Below are positions 7,610-15,213 of a stretch of DNA of 64,000 bases, one piece after another. Positions within the stretch are counted from its first letter, which is position 1, and each line of letters starts with the position of its first letter. This DNA is from Enterobacterales bacterium (GTDB lineage: Bacteria; Pseudomonadota; Gammaproteobacteria; Enterobacterales; GCA-2746155), in assembly GCA_965250035.1 (NCBI GenBank), contig OZ252282.1:2998536-3062535 (forward strand), given 5' to 3'. Both the position numbers and the translations under genes were made by a program. Under the pieces are notes generated by a model. It did no database searches and was not told where the DNA came from. It was given only the letters and a program-made list of their open reading frames with translations.

Positions 7610-7987
7610 ATGTCAAAGGTTCTTTTTACGCTGTTAATTATCGTCGGATTGATCAATTTTCTTCCTGTCATGGGTGTGATATCTGCCATGAGGCTAGAGG
7701 AAGCCTACAGTATTGAACTCGCTTCGAATGATTTGATTATTCTAATGCGTCATCGAGCATTGTTATTTGGCCTGGTCGGTGGCTTCATAATCTATTCCGC
7801 TTTCAAGCCAATTTACCGATCAGCAGCAATGCTATTTGCCGGTGTCAGTATGGTCGGATTTGTTGCGCTCGCTCATCTGACTGGTAATTTCAATGAGAAC
7901 ATCAATCAAATTATGCTCGTTGATTATGTTGGCATTGTGCTGTTGGGGATTGCAGTTGGAATACGAACGTTTCGTGAACGCAATTAA
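7610..7987 (+). CDS. Hypothetical 4-TM membrane protein, in the same cassette as 7384..7584
   Basis: 125 aa and hydrophobic. A GAGG RBS lies upstream. Confidence 0.55.
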   Translation: MSKVLFTLLIIVGLINFLPVMGVISAMRLEEAYSIELASNDLIILMRHRALLFGLVGGFIIYSAFKPIYRSAAMLFAGVSMVGFVALAHLTGNFNENINQIMLVDYVGIVLLGIAVGIRTFRERN

Positions 7988-8032
7988 CAAGCGTTTGCAG
8001 TCTGGGGTCATGCACTATAGGGGGCATTAGTA

Positions 8033-8443
8033 GTGGCGAAAATATTATTTATTGGCGGTGCTTCAATCTTTGGCGTGTTAGGCACAATCCATTTGGTATA
8101 CACATTCTTCACCAATAAGTTCGACGCGTTTGATCCATCAGTTAAGGTCGCCATGAAAAGCACCTCTCCGGTGCTTACCAGAGAAACGACCATGTGGAAC
8201 GCCTGGATAGGTTTCAATGCAAGCCATAGCCTTGGAGCCATGATATTCGCGGGTGTCTATATCCCTCTCAGCCTGTTTCATTTTGAGATAGTTCGGCAAT
8301 CGATTTGGTTCTCGTATTTACCCGTGGTCGTGGGGGTGTCATATCTGATACTGGCTAGACGCTACTGGTTTAAAATTCCATTTACTGGCATTCTCATTGC
8401 AACAATATGTTTTGCTGGCGGTCTAATCATACTAAACATATAA
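8033..8443 (+). CDS. Hypothetical 4-TM membrane protein (cassette ORF)
   Basis: 136 aa with a GTG start. Confidence 0.55.
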   Translation: MAKILFIGGASIFGVLGTIHLVYTFFTNKFDAFDPSVKVAMKSTSPVLTRETTMWNAWIGFNASHSLGAMIFAGVYIPLSLFHFEIVRQSIWFSYLPVVVGVSYLILARRYWFKIPFTGILIATICFAGGLIILNI

Positions 8444-8458
8444 ATAGATTAAGCACAG

Positions 8459-8545
8459 AAAACGGATGCGTGTGTTATGGTTTTGTACACGTCAATCATT
8501 ACACCCTGTGTCACTAGTGTGTAAGGCTTTAAAACCAGCTTAGGG
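8459..8545 (+). repeat. attC-like recombination site (third family)
   Basis: AAAACGGATGCG...GTAAGGCTTTAAAACCAGCTTAGGG. It shares AACGGATGC and AAGGCTTTAAA with the element at 7291-7381. Confidence 0.5.
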
Positions 8546-8550
8546 ATATC

Positions 8551-8910
8551 ATGATGAATAAAGAACAAATCAACTATGTAGAGTTTCCAGCGTCAGATAT
8601 AGAAGCGACCAAGAATTTTTTCACGACTGTTTTCGGTTGGTCGTTTGAAGATTATGGCCCAGAGTATGCGGCATTCTCTAATCAGGGGTTAGATGGTGGG
8701 TTTTTTAAATCCGATAAGACATCGACAACGGAGACAGGTGGTGCGCTCGTCGTATTTTATAGCGAGGATCTTGAGGATACGCTGAAAAGGGTGCAAGCGG
8801 CTGGTGGGACAATCAGTGTGGATATCTTCTCATTTCCGGGTGGTCGTCGGTTTCATTTCATCGAGCCGAGCGGTAACGAGTTAGCCGTGTGGTCAGATAA
8901 AGGCCTATGA
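8551..8910 (+). CDS. VOC (glyoxalase/bleomycin-resistance/dioxygenase) family protein (cassette ORF)
   Basis: 119 aa. INYVEFPASDIEATKNFFTTVFGW...GNELAVW is a typical single VOC module. Confidence 0.8.
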   Translation: MMNKEQINYVEFPASDIEATKNFFTTVFGWSFEDYGPEYAAFSNQGLDGGFFKSDKTSTTETGGALVVFYSEDLEDTLKRVQAAGGTISVDIFSFPGGRRFHFIEPSGNELAVWSDKGL

Positions 8911-8956
8911 TCGCGCTTTGCTCAGTGATGAGTCTTAAATCTTATCAGGCTGTACA

Positions 8957-9328
8957 ATGAAGCTCTTATACACCGATAGTAGTTTAGAAGCGCTAAATGC
9001 CATGAAGCATCGTTTAGAGCAAAATGGCATTCCAGCCTATATCTCAAATACTGAGGCAGCGAGGAATCTACCTTTTGTCTCCTCGCAACAGGGGTTATGG
9101 GTGTATCTGGATGAACAATACAATGATGCGACAGCTCTGATGAAGGATCCGGATCATGTTGTGCTGAGCGCAGTGGATATCGACGAATTTTACGAAGTCG
9201 CGGATGAGGTGAAAAAAGACCGGTCAACCTTGAATAGTGCCCTCAGAGATATCTTCATCAGGGGTGTCTTGCTATTAGTTGGCATGTTCTTATTCATCAC
9301 GTTATTTGATGCTTATTATGCAACCTAA
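8957..9328 (+). CDS. Hypothetical protein with a DUF2007-like N-terminal domain and a C-terminal TM helix
   Basis: 123 aa. The family assignment is tentative and comes from recall. Confidence 0.45.
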   Translation: MKLLYTDSSLEALNAMKHRLEQNGIPAYISNTEAARNLPFVSSQQGLWVYLDEQYNDATALMKDPDHVVLSAVDIDEFYEVADEVKKDRSTLNSALRDIFIRGVLLLVGMFLFITLFDAYYAT

Positions 9329-9424
9329 TCAGACTGCAATTGGCATTGTGTTTGACAGTTTAGGTGTGCTCCATCCTGAATGACGAGTTACCAAACAATC
9401 AATATTTTTCTACTGGGCAACTAA

Positions 9425-9823
9425 GTGCTGACAGGAATCAATCATATAACGATAGCGGTGAGCGATTTAGAGCGCTCGTTATCATTCTATTCGGAAATAC
9501 TCGGCATGACTGCGCATGTGAAATGGCGCAGAGGCGCGTATCTCACCTTGGGTGATGACTGGTTTTGTCTCACGCTGGATGAAGTTGCTCCCGCCCAAGA
9601 TTACAGCCATATTTCGTTTAACATTTCAGAAGAAGATTTCGATGCATTTTCAGCCGCACTTCGTGAAAACAATATTCGGGAATGGAAAGAAAATACCAGT
9701 GAAGGGAAATCACTGTATCTATTGGATCCCGATGGGCATAAACTTGAGGTGCACTCGGGTAGCCTGTCGTCTCGGCTAGATGAACTTCGCAATCGTCCAT
9801 ATGATGGTTTGGAATGGCTATGA
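9425..9823 (+). CDS. fosA: FosA-family fosfomycin-resistance glutathione transferase homolog
   Basis: 132 aa, starting MLTGINHITIAVSDLERSLSFY. Residues corresponding to FosA metal ligands are H7, H62 and E108. Also present are T9, Y39, W46, C48, the K+-loop region KENTSEGKSLYLLDPDGHKLEVH, and R117. GTG start. Confidence 0.85.
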   Translation: MLTGINHITIAVSDLERSLSFYSEILGMTAHVKWRRGAYLTLGDDWFCLTLDEVAPAQDYSHISFNISEEDFDAFSAALRENNIREWKENTSEGKSLYLLDPDGHKLEVHSGSLSSRLDELRNRPYDGLEWL

Positions 9824-9871
9824 ACAGTTGATCATGGTGGCAGTATGAATGAGATTAGATCGGAGAAATAA

Positions 9872-10237
9872 GTGTATATTCTAGCAGCGATATTACTGTT
9901 CGTTATCGGAATCGCCCATTCCTATCTAGGAGAACGGTATATTCTCATTCGATTGTTTCGCAGAAACGATTTACCGAAAATAATGGGCAGTGAAGATTTT
10001 ACTAAAAACACCCTGCGGTTTGCCTGGCATATCACAACATTGGCCTGGTTTGGTTTTGCAGCCATTCTATTCCATATGGCTAGTGATCAACTCAATGGAA
10101 CCGTCATCGGTAATGTTATTGGGATAACATTTTTATTCCATTTCGCGATTGCAGTCATCGCTTCAAGAGGAAAACACTTATCCTGGCCGGTATTCTTAAC
10201 AATCGGATTGGTCGTGTTGTATGCCTCGAACAGTTAA
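9872..10237 (+). CDS. Hypothetical 4-TM membrane protein
   Basis: 121 aa with a GTG start. An attC-like site follows it. Confidence 0.5.
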   Translation: MYILAAILLFVIGIAHSYLGERYILIRLFRRNDLPKIMGSEDFTKNTLRFAWHITTLAWFGFAAILFHMASDQLNGTVIGNVIGITFLFHFAIAVIASRGKHLSWPVFLTIGLVVLYASNS

Positions 10238-10341
10238 CTCAGTCGTTCGCGTTACATTTAAGTGAAAATATCCTGTAAAAGTGTCAATATGACATCAACA
10301 CATCTCGCCTAGCATAAAAATAATTCAGGAGGATGTTATGT
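10234..10341 (+). repeat. attC-like recombination site
   Basis: TTAACTCAG...GGAGGATGTTATGT. It begins in the stop codon at 10235-10237 and ends with GTTATGT at 10335-10341. Confidence 0.45.
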
Positions 10342-10389
10342 CATCCATAGACGATTATGTCATCCCGGTAGCGGTGGATAAGAAGAACA

Positions 10390-10764
10390 ATGTTTGACCA
10401 TGTTGTATTTGGTGTAAAGGATTATGAGCGCAGTAAGGCGTTCTATCTCCGCGCGTTGAGTCCAATTGGTATTCAGATTTTGGCTGAGGACGAGCTTGGT
10501 ATCGAAATGAGTGCCGATGGCAAGTCTTCACTTTGTATCCGTCGGCAGGTAGAGGACAATCCGGCCCCTTTGCATATCGCGTTCATTGCAGAGAGTCGAG
10601 AGCAGGTTGATCAGTTCCATCGACTCGCACTGGAGACGGGAGCTCGTGATAACGGCGCACCTGGGATACGACCAAATTATACAGGCAGTTATTATGCCGC
10701 TTTTGTCCTAGACCCTGACGGACACAATATAGAGCTGGTGGTTCACGAAGACGAATTGAGTTGA
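10390..10764 (+). CDS. VOC/glyoxalase family protein (cassette ORF)
   Basis: 124 aa. MFDHVVFGVKDYERSKAFY...DPDGHNIELV. Confidence 0.8.
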   Translation: MFDHVVFGVKDYERSKAFYLRALSPIGIQILAEDELGIEMSADGKSSLCIRRQVEDNPAPLHIAFIAESREQVDQFHRLALETGARDNGAPGIRPNYTGSYYAAFVLDPDGHNIELVVHEDELS

Positions 10765-10792
10765 ATTCAATGAGTCGTGAGTTATTGTGATG

Positions 10793-10905
10793 ATTAACCC
10801 TGATAGGTGCGAGCTAAGACTTTATCATGTATGCTCATAAATGCATTCTGCATGAGATCACTCATCTATAATTACATCATTAGATCAGGTAACCGGCGGT
10901 TATGT
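10793..10905 (+). repeat. attC-like recombination site (last recognisable one)
   Basis: GATTAACCCTGATAGG...TAGATCAGGTAACCGGCGGTTATGT. The inverted repeat is AACCCTGAT / ATCAGGTAACC. The GTTATGT core at 10899-10905 contains the ATG at 10902. Confidence 0.5.
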
Positions 10906-11132
10906 TTAATAAGAAAATTCTCAATCTGATACTCATCATCATTCTCATTGTTTGCCTGTGGATCGGTTGGGGCGATTTTGATTTCACTCAATCCGATATG
11001 ACACAACAAGAAATACGTGATTCAATCAGAGAGCACATTCGTCGGGCTATTCAAATTGCTATCCAGTTTGTCATACCCATCGCCATTCTTGGTTATTTCA
11101 TCAAAGAGCTGTTTGGCAAGCGTGATTCATAA
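10902..11132 (+). CDS. Hypothetical small membrane protein (last cassette-like ORF)
   Basis: 76 aa with two TM helices. Its ATG is embedded in a GTTATGT core, and I found no attC-like site downstream. Confidence 0.4.
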   Translation: MFNKKILNLILIIILIVCLWIGWGDFDFTQSDMTQQEIRDSIREHIRRAIQIAIQFVIPIAILGYFIKELFGKRDS

Positions 11133-11183
11133 AAATTCTGATGCGTCATTTACAAAACCTACTATTTCGTCTGGGGAGATTCC

Positions 11184-12959
11184 ATGAGTTATGAACTAGT
11201 CACTTTATTTGCCTTGATGAGCGCGGTGCTTGGGATGCTGCTTTGGGGTAAATGGCGCTACGATCTGGTGGCGTTCGTAGCATTAGTCTTGGGTTTGCTG
11301 CTGCAAGTGATCCCGTATGACCAGGCATTTTCAGGTTTTGGTCATCCGGCGGTGATTATCATCGCCCTGGTACTGGTGGTTTCCCGTGCCTTGTCGCAGT
11401 CGGGTGCAATCGAACTCCTGACGGGTCGCATCATCGATGCGGGTCGCAGCCTACCCATGCATATCGCCTCATTAGGGTCCGTGGGCGCGTTGCTCTCCGC
11501 CTTCATGAATAATGTTGCATCGCTGGCAATCTTGATGCCGGTGGATATGCAATCTGCCGCCAAAGCGAAACGTTCACCGGCCTTGTCTCTAATGCCCCTG
11601 TCGTTCGCCACGATTCTGGGTGGGATGGTGACACTGATCGGTACGCCCACCAATATTGTGATTTCGCAATTTCGTGAAACCGCCCTGGGCGAGGCCTACA
11701 GCATGTTTGATTTTGCGCCGGTCGGGCTTGGCGTGGCACTCGTTGGCCTGGCATTTATTTCTTTTGTCGGCTGGCGACTGGTGCCGGCTGAACGCGGTAA
11801 ACATGATGCTGGCAGTGAATTGGCCAACCTGGATGGCTACGTGGTTGAGGTTGGTTTGAGTGAGGGCTCACCGGCGATCGGCCAAACGATAAAACAACTG
11901 AATGGCTTTGCCCAGGAACATGATGTCATCGTTCTGGGACTGGTACGAAAGGGCAAACGGCTTCCGGGTCGGGCACTGAATCAACCGATTAACAAAGGGG
12001 ATTTATTGGTTTTGGAGGCAGCGCCCCAGGCCATCGAGAGTTTTTCTACTGCCTTTAAACTGACCTACTCGCGCTCGAAAAAACACGACGGGGCTCTGGC
12101 GGGAACCATGGAGATGATCGAAGTCGTGGTGAGTGCGGAATCGCGGATCAGCAAACGCTCTGCTTTGGATTTGCGTTTGTTATACCGTCATCAAACCATG
12201 TTGCTCGGCGTCTCGCGCAAGGGTAAGCCATTTCGCGAACGGGTCCGCGAATTAACGATTCTGCCCGGCGATGTATTGTTGCTAATGGGTGAGGAGGAGC
12301 AGCTCAATCTGGTGGTGAAATGGTTAGGCGTGTTGCCTCTGGCTCCGCGTGGCCTGCAAGTCACTCAGTATAAGAAGGCCTGGTTGAGTATCAGCCTGTT
12401 CGCGGCCGCCATTGTGCTGGCCTCGTTAGGGTTGGTTTATTTACCGGTGGCACTCGCTGCCTGCGTGGTGTTGTATTTATTACTCAAAGTGATGACCCTG
12501 TCCCAGGCCTATGATGCGATTCAGGGATCCGTCTTGATTCTGTTAGCCTCCTTAATCCCAATCGCCGTGGCACTCGAAAATGCCGGCGGTACTGAATTAA
12601 TTGCGCAGGGTATTCTCAACCTGACGGCTGGCTGGAGTCCGGTGGCGATCCTGGTGTTATTGATGGTCGTGACCATGACACTATCGGATGTATTAAACAA
12701 TGTCGCCACGGTGCTGGTTGCTGCCCCGGTGGCGATGGATATCGCCGAGCGTTTGCAGGTGAATCCCGATGCCATGCTAATGGGCGTTGCTGTGGCCGCA
12801 TCCTGTGCCTTCCTGACACCCATTGGGCACAAGAATAACACCATCATCATGGGGCCAGGTGGCTATCGCTTCGGTGATTACTGGCGTATGGGCCTGCCAC
12901 TGGAAGTCATCGTGCTGCTCGTCGCCGTGCCGCTTATCCTGATGGTATGGCCGCTATAA
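11184..12959 (+). CDS. SLC13/DASS-family anion permease with two central TrkA-C domains
   Basis: 591 aa. Polytopic N- and C-terminal halves flank a soluble ~200 aa insert with TrkA-C-like repeats (DGYVVEV...GDLLVLEA and EVVVSAES...GDVLLLMG). Confidence 0.85.
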   Translation: MSYELVTLFALMSAVLGMLLWGKWRYDLVAFVALVLGLLLQVIPYDQAFSGFGHPAVIIIALVLVVSRALSQSGAIELLTGRIIDAGRSLPMHIASLGSVGALLSAFMNNVASLAILMPVDMQSAAKAKRSPALSLMPLSFATILGGMVTLIGTPTNIVISQFRETALGEAYSMFDFAPVGLGVALVGLAFISFVGWRLVPAERGKHDAGSELANLDGYVVEVGLSEGSPAIGQTIKQLNGFAQEHDVIVLGLVRKGKRLPGRALNQPINKGDLLVLEAAPQAIESFSTAFKLTYSRSKKHDGALAGTMEMIEVVVSAESRISKRSALDLRLLYRHQTMLLGVSRKGKPFRERVRELTILPGDVLLLMGEEEQLNLVVKWLGVLPLAPRGLQVTQYKKAWLSISLFAAAIVLASLGLVYLPVALAACVVLYLLLKVMTLSQAYDAIQGSVLILLASLIPIAVALENAGGTELIAQGILNLTAGWSPVAILVLLMVVTMTLSDVLNNVATVLVAAPVAMDIAERLQVNPDAMLMGVAVAASCAFLTPIGHKNNTIIMGPGGYRFGDYWRMGLPLEVIVLLVAVPLILMVWPL

Positions 12960-12981
12960 TAACCGGGTGAAACAGGAATAA

Positions 12982-13497
12982 ATGACGATGATCCGGACCG
13001 AAACAACCGACGACCACGAGGTGGTACACCAGATAAATCAACGGGCATTTAATGCCGAGGGTGAAGCGCGGATTGTCGCTAATCTACGTAACAACTGCGA
13101 TGGGATTATTTCCCTGGTTGCCCAGTTGGATGATCGGGTCGTGGGTCATATTCTCTTCAGTCCCGTTCGCATTGAAGACGGAGATAAGATACTCCATGGC
13201 ATGGGATTAGCCCCCATGGCCGTTTTGCCGGAATATCAACATCAGGGGATCGGCAAACAACTCATCGAGGAAGGACTCAGCAGGATAAAACAAACGGATT
13301 GTCCTTTTGTCATTGTTCTCGGACACCCGGAATATTATCCCAAATTTGGTTTCCAGCGCGCCGCCGATTATGGGTTAAAGCCCCAGTGGGATGGCATTCC
13401 GGATGAGGTATTCATGTTACTGGTGTTGAACAAGGACGCCCTGACGAACGTGTCGGGCGTCGTGTATTACCGCGATGAATTCAATGATGCGATGTAA
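12982..13497 (+). CDS. GNAT family N-acetyltransferase
   Basis: 171 aa. The QHQGIGKQLIEEGL acetyl-CoA motif and the YYPKFGF tail are YhbS-like. Confidence 0.85.
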   Translation: MTMIRTETTDDHEVVHQINQRAFNAEGEARIVANLRNNCDGIISLVAQLDDRVVGHILFSPVRIEDGDKILHGMGLAPMAVLPEYQHQGIGKQLIEEGLSRIKQTDCPFVIVLGHPEYYPKFGFQRAADYGLKPQWDGIPDEVFMLLVLNKDALTNVSGVVYYRDEFNDAM

Positions 13498-13512
13498 CTA
13501 TCGCCAGTAATA

Positions 13513-13875
13513 TCAGGGCGTACCAAGCCCGACGAATCCAACCATTCGGGTGATTACGCCATCAGCGGACTCAATAAAATACTGGCCGTGCTGAAGCTGT
13601 TCGCTGCCATCCGGTCCTGGGCCACCGAAGGCAATTGTCGCGCGTGTGACATCTGCAGTCGTATCGGCGGACACAACCCTGGCTGACCATCCGGGTGCGT
13701 TCATGCTGAACATGGCGACATAATCAGTCAGCGCCTGCTTGCCAACGATTGTCTCCGGTGTGCGAGGGTCATGGTAAGAAACGGTTTCAGACACGGCACT
13801 GGCAATCTCAGCCGCTCGACGATCAGAATCTTGCAACTCCCAGGCTGCGAAGAATGTTGTGATTGGATCAGACAC
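13513..13875 (-). CDS. NTF2/SnoaL-like fold protein
   Basis: 120 aa. This is the only minus-strand gene in the 11-29.6 kb block. The assignment rests on size and sequence pattern and is moderately confident. Confidence 0.55.
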   Translation of the reverse strand: MSDPITTFFAAWELQDSDRRAAEIASAVSETVSYHDPRTPETIVGKQALTDYVAMFSMNAPGWSARVVSADTTADVTRATIAFGGPGPDGSEQLQHGQYFIESADGVITRMVGFVGLGTP

Positions 13876-14005
13876 GATAATTCCTTTTGTTATTTTTTAA
13901 AATAGTAGCACAGATGCTTGTTCATTTTACGAATGATCAATGGTGTAATATGATCATCACATAAATCCCCCCGTTCATCTTACTACAGGTACAGAGTACG
14001 TTGAT

Positions 14006-14479
14006 ATGAAGACTATTCACATGATGTTTATTGTTGCGCTGACAGCTGTGCTTGGGAACAGCGTCACTGCGTCTGAATTTGAAGAGCCTTTCAATCCCTT
14101 CAAGGATCGAAAAATTTCGGTGCTAGACATTGATGATATGAGTCAGGTTGTCAGAGCCTGTCAGTTACGATCGACCGAGCGGTTATCTTATTGGCCCTTG
14201 ACGAATGACTTTGTGAATCTAATCGATGATTTGATGAATAAAAAGCTCAAGGAAGCGGGCTATAAACCCTCGAATAAGCGCGCCACGCATAAGCAGTACC
14301 TTGGTGTCACGACCGAGACGAATGTTAATCTGGTTTATATTTTTGTCTATCCACAACCGAGTCGTGTGATCGAGAAAGAGGCAGGCAATCCAGTGCTATT
14401 ATGTCGTACAGGCTCAGAGAACCTGATATATGAGTTTGATAAAAATCAATTCCTATTTACGCCAGTCACTTTGGATTAA
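14006..14479 (+). CDS. Hypothetical secreted protein
   Basis: 157 aa with signal-like MKTIHMMFIVALTAVLGNSVTA. Confidence 0.5.
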   Translation: MKTIHMMFIVALTAVLGNSVTASEFEEPFNPFKDRKISVLDIDDMSQVVRACQLRSTERLSYWPLTNDFVNLIDDLMNKKLKEAGYKPSNKRATHKQYLGVTTETNVNLVYIFVYPQPSRVIEKEAGNPVLLCRTGSENLIYEFDKNQFLFTPVTLD

Positions 14480-14515
14480 ATTAACGTTTTCATCCGATAG
14501 AAATGAGGTCTGACC

Positions 14516-15199
14516 ATGTTGATATTGCATATTGCTAACAAAAACTACTCCTCCTGGTCACTGAGGCCCTGGGTACTGATGCAGGAACTGGAGATGCCCT
14601 TCACAGAACAACTGCATGTATTCGGTGACAGCGTGGATTGGGATGAATATCGCAGCATCAATCCTTCGGGCCTGGTTCCGTGCCTGGTTGATGGCGACAA
14701 TACGATTTGGGATTCGCTGGCCATTATGGAGTATCTGGCCGAAAAGTATCCCGCCGTATGGCCGACTGATTCGACTGCCCGGGCCTGGGCGCGTTGTGCC
14801 AGTGCCGAGATGCACTCGGGATTCCCGGCGCTGCGGAATATTTGTTCAATGAACTGTGGACTCAGAGTGAAACTCAATGAAGTACCTCTGGCTTTGGCCC
14901 ACGATATTTCGCGTATTGATGCGCTCTGGCAGGAGGGGCTGGAACGCTTCGGCGGCCCTTATCTGGCAGGAGATTCATTCACCGCAGTCGATGCAATGTA
15001 TGCGCCCGTCGTTTTCCGATTTCTGACCTATGGTACCAGCCTCAGTGCCGCATCAGCGGATTATCTTGAGCGCATGTTAAACAGGCCGTCCATGCAGCTC
15101 TGGTATTCTGACGCCCTGCAGGAACCTTACCGGGACGAGTCCCATGAAATCGATGTCGCCAGCCACGGCACGATCACCGACGACTTTCGTGGCAACTGA
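14516..15199 (+). CDS. Glutathione S-transferase family protein
   Basis: 227 aa. IANKNYSSWSLRPW at the N-terminus and VPCLVDGDNTIWDSLAIMEYL form a thioredoxin-fold GST N-domain. Confidence 0.8.
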   Translation: MLILHIANKNYSSWSLRPWVLMQELEMPFTEQLHVFGDSVDWDEYRSINPSGLVPCLVDGDNTIWDSLAIMEYLAEKYPAVWPTDSTARAWARCASAEMHSGFPALRNICSMNCGLRVKLNEVPLALAHDISRIDALWQEGLERFGGPYLAGDSFTAVDAMYAPVVFRFLTYGTSLSAASADYLERMLNRPSMQLWYSDALQEPYRDESHEIDVASHGTITDDFRGN

Positions 15200-15213
15200 T
15201 CGGCGCCCAATTA

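Larger units (their letters stand above)
1..11150 (+). mobile_element. Integron gene-cassette array (chromosomal-integron type). The integrase and attI are not in the window and are expected upstream of position 1.
   Basis: About 24 short ORFs, all on the + strand. Most are followed by a 55-130 bp imperfect palindrome that starts with a TAAC-type inverse core and ends with a GTTA(G/T)GT-type core just before the next start codon. The region looks AT-rich compared with the sequence after 11.2 kb. Confidence 0.8.

Noticed and set aside
9364-9800. ORFs 9364..9555, 9552..9779 and two minus-strand ORFs overlapping the FosA-like gene
   Set aside because: The 9425..9823 frame matches FosA along its whole length. 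The other frames have no recognisable features.
592-10905. The possibility that the regularly spaced repeats are a CRISPR array or REP/MITE elements
   Set aside because: The repeats vary in length (55-130 bp) and in sequence. They are internally palindromic, bounded by TAAC/GTTA boxes, and separated by 200-700 bp protein-coding units rather than 30-40 bp spacers. This pattern fits attC sites, not CRISPR repeats.
11342-12850. Multiple 60-110 aa ORFs on both strands inside the SLC13 permease gene
   Set aside because: They are Arg/Pro/Ala-rich alternative frames of a GC-rich gene. The 591 aa + strand frame has a coherent transporter plus TrkA-C architecture.
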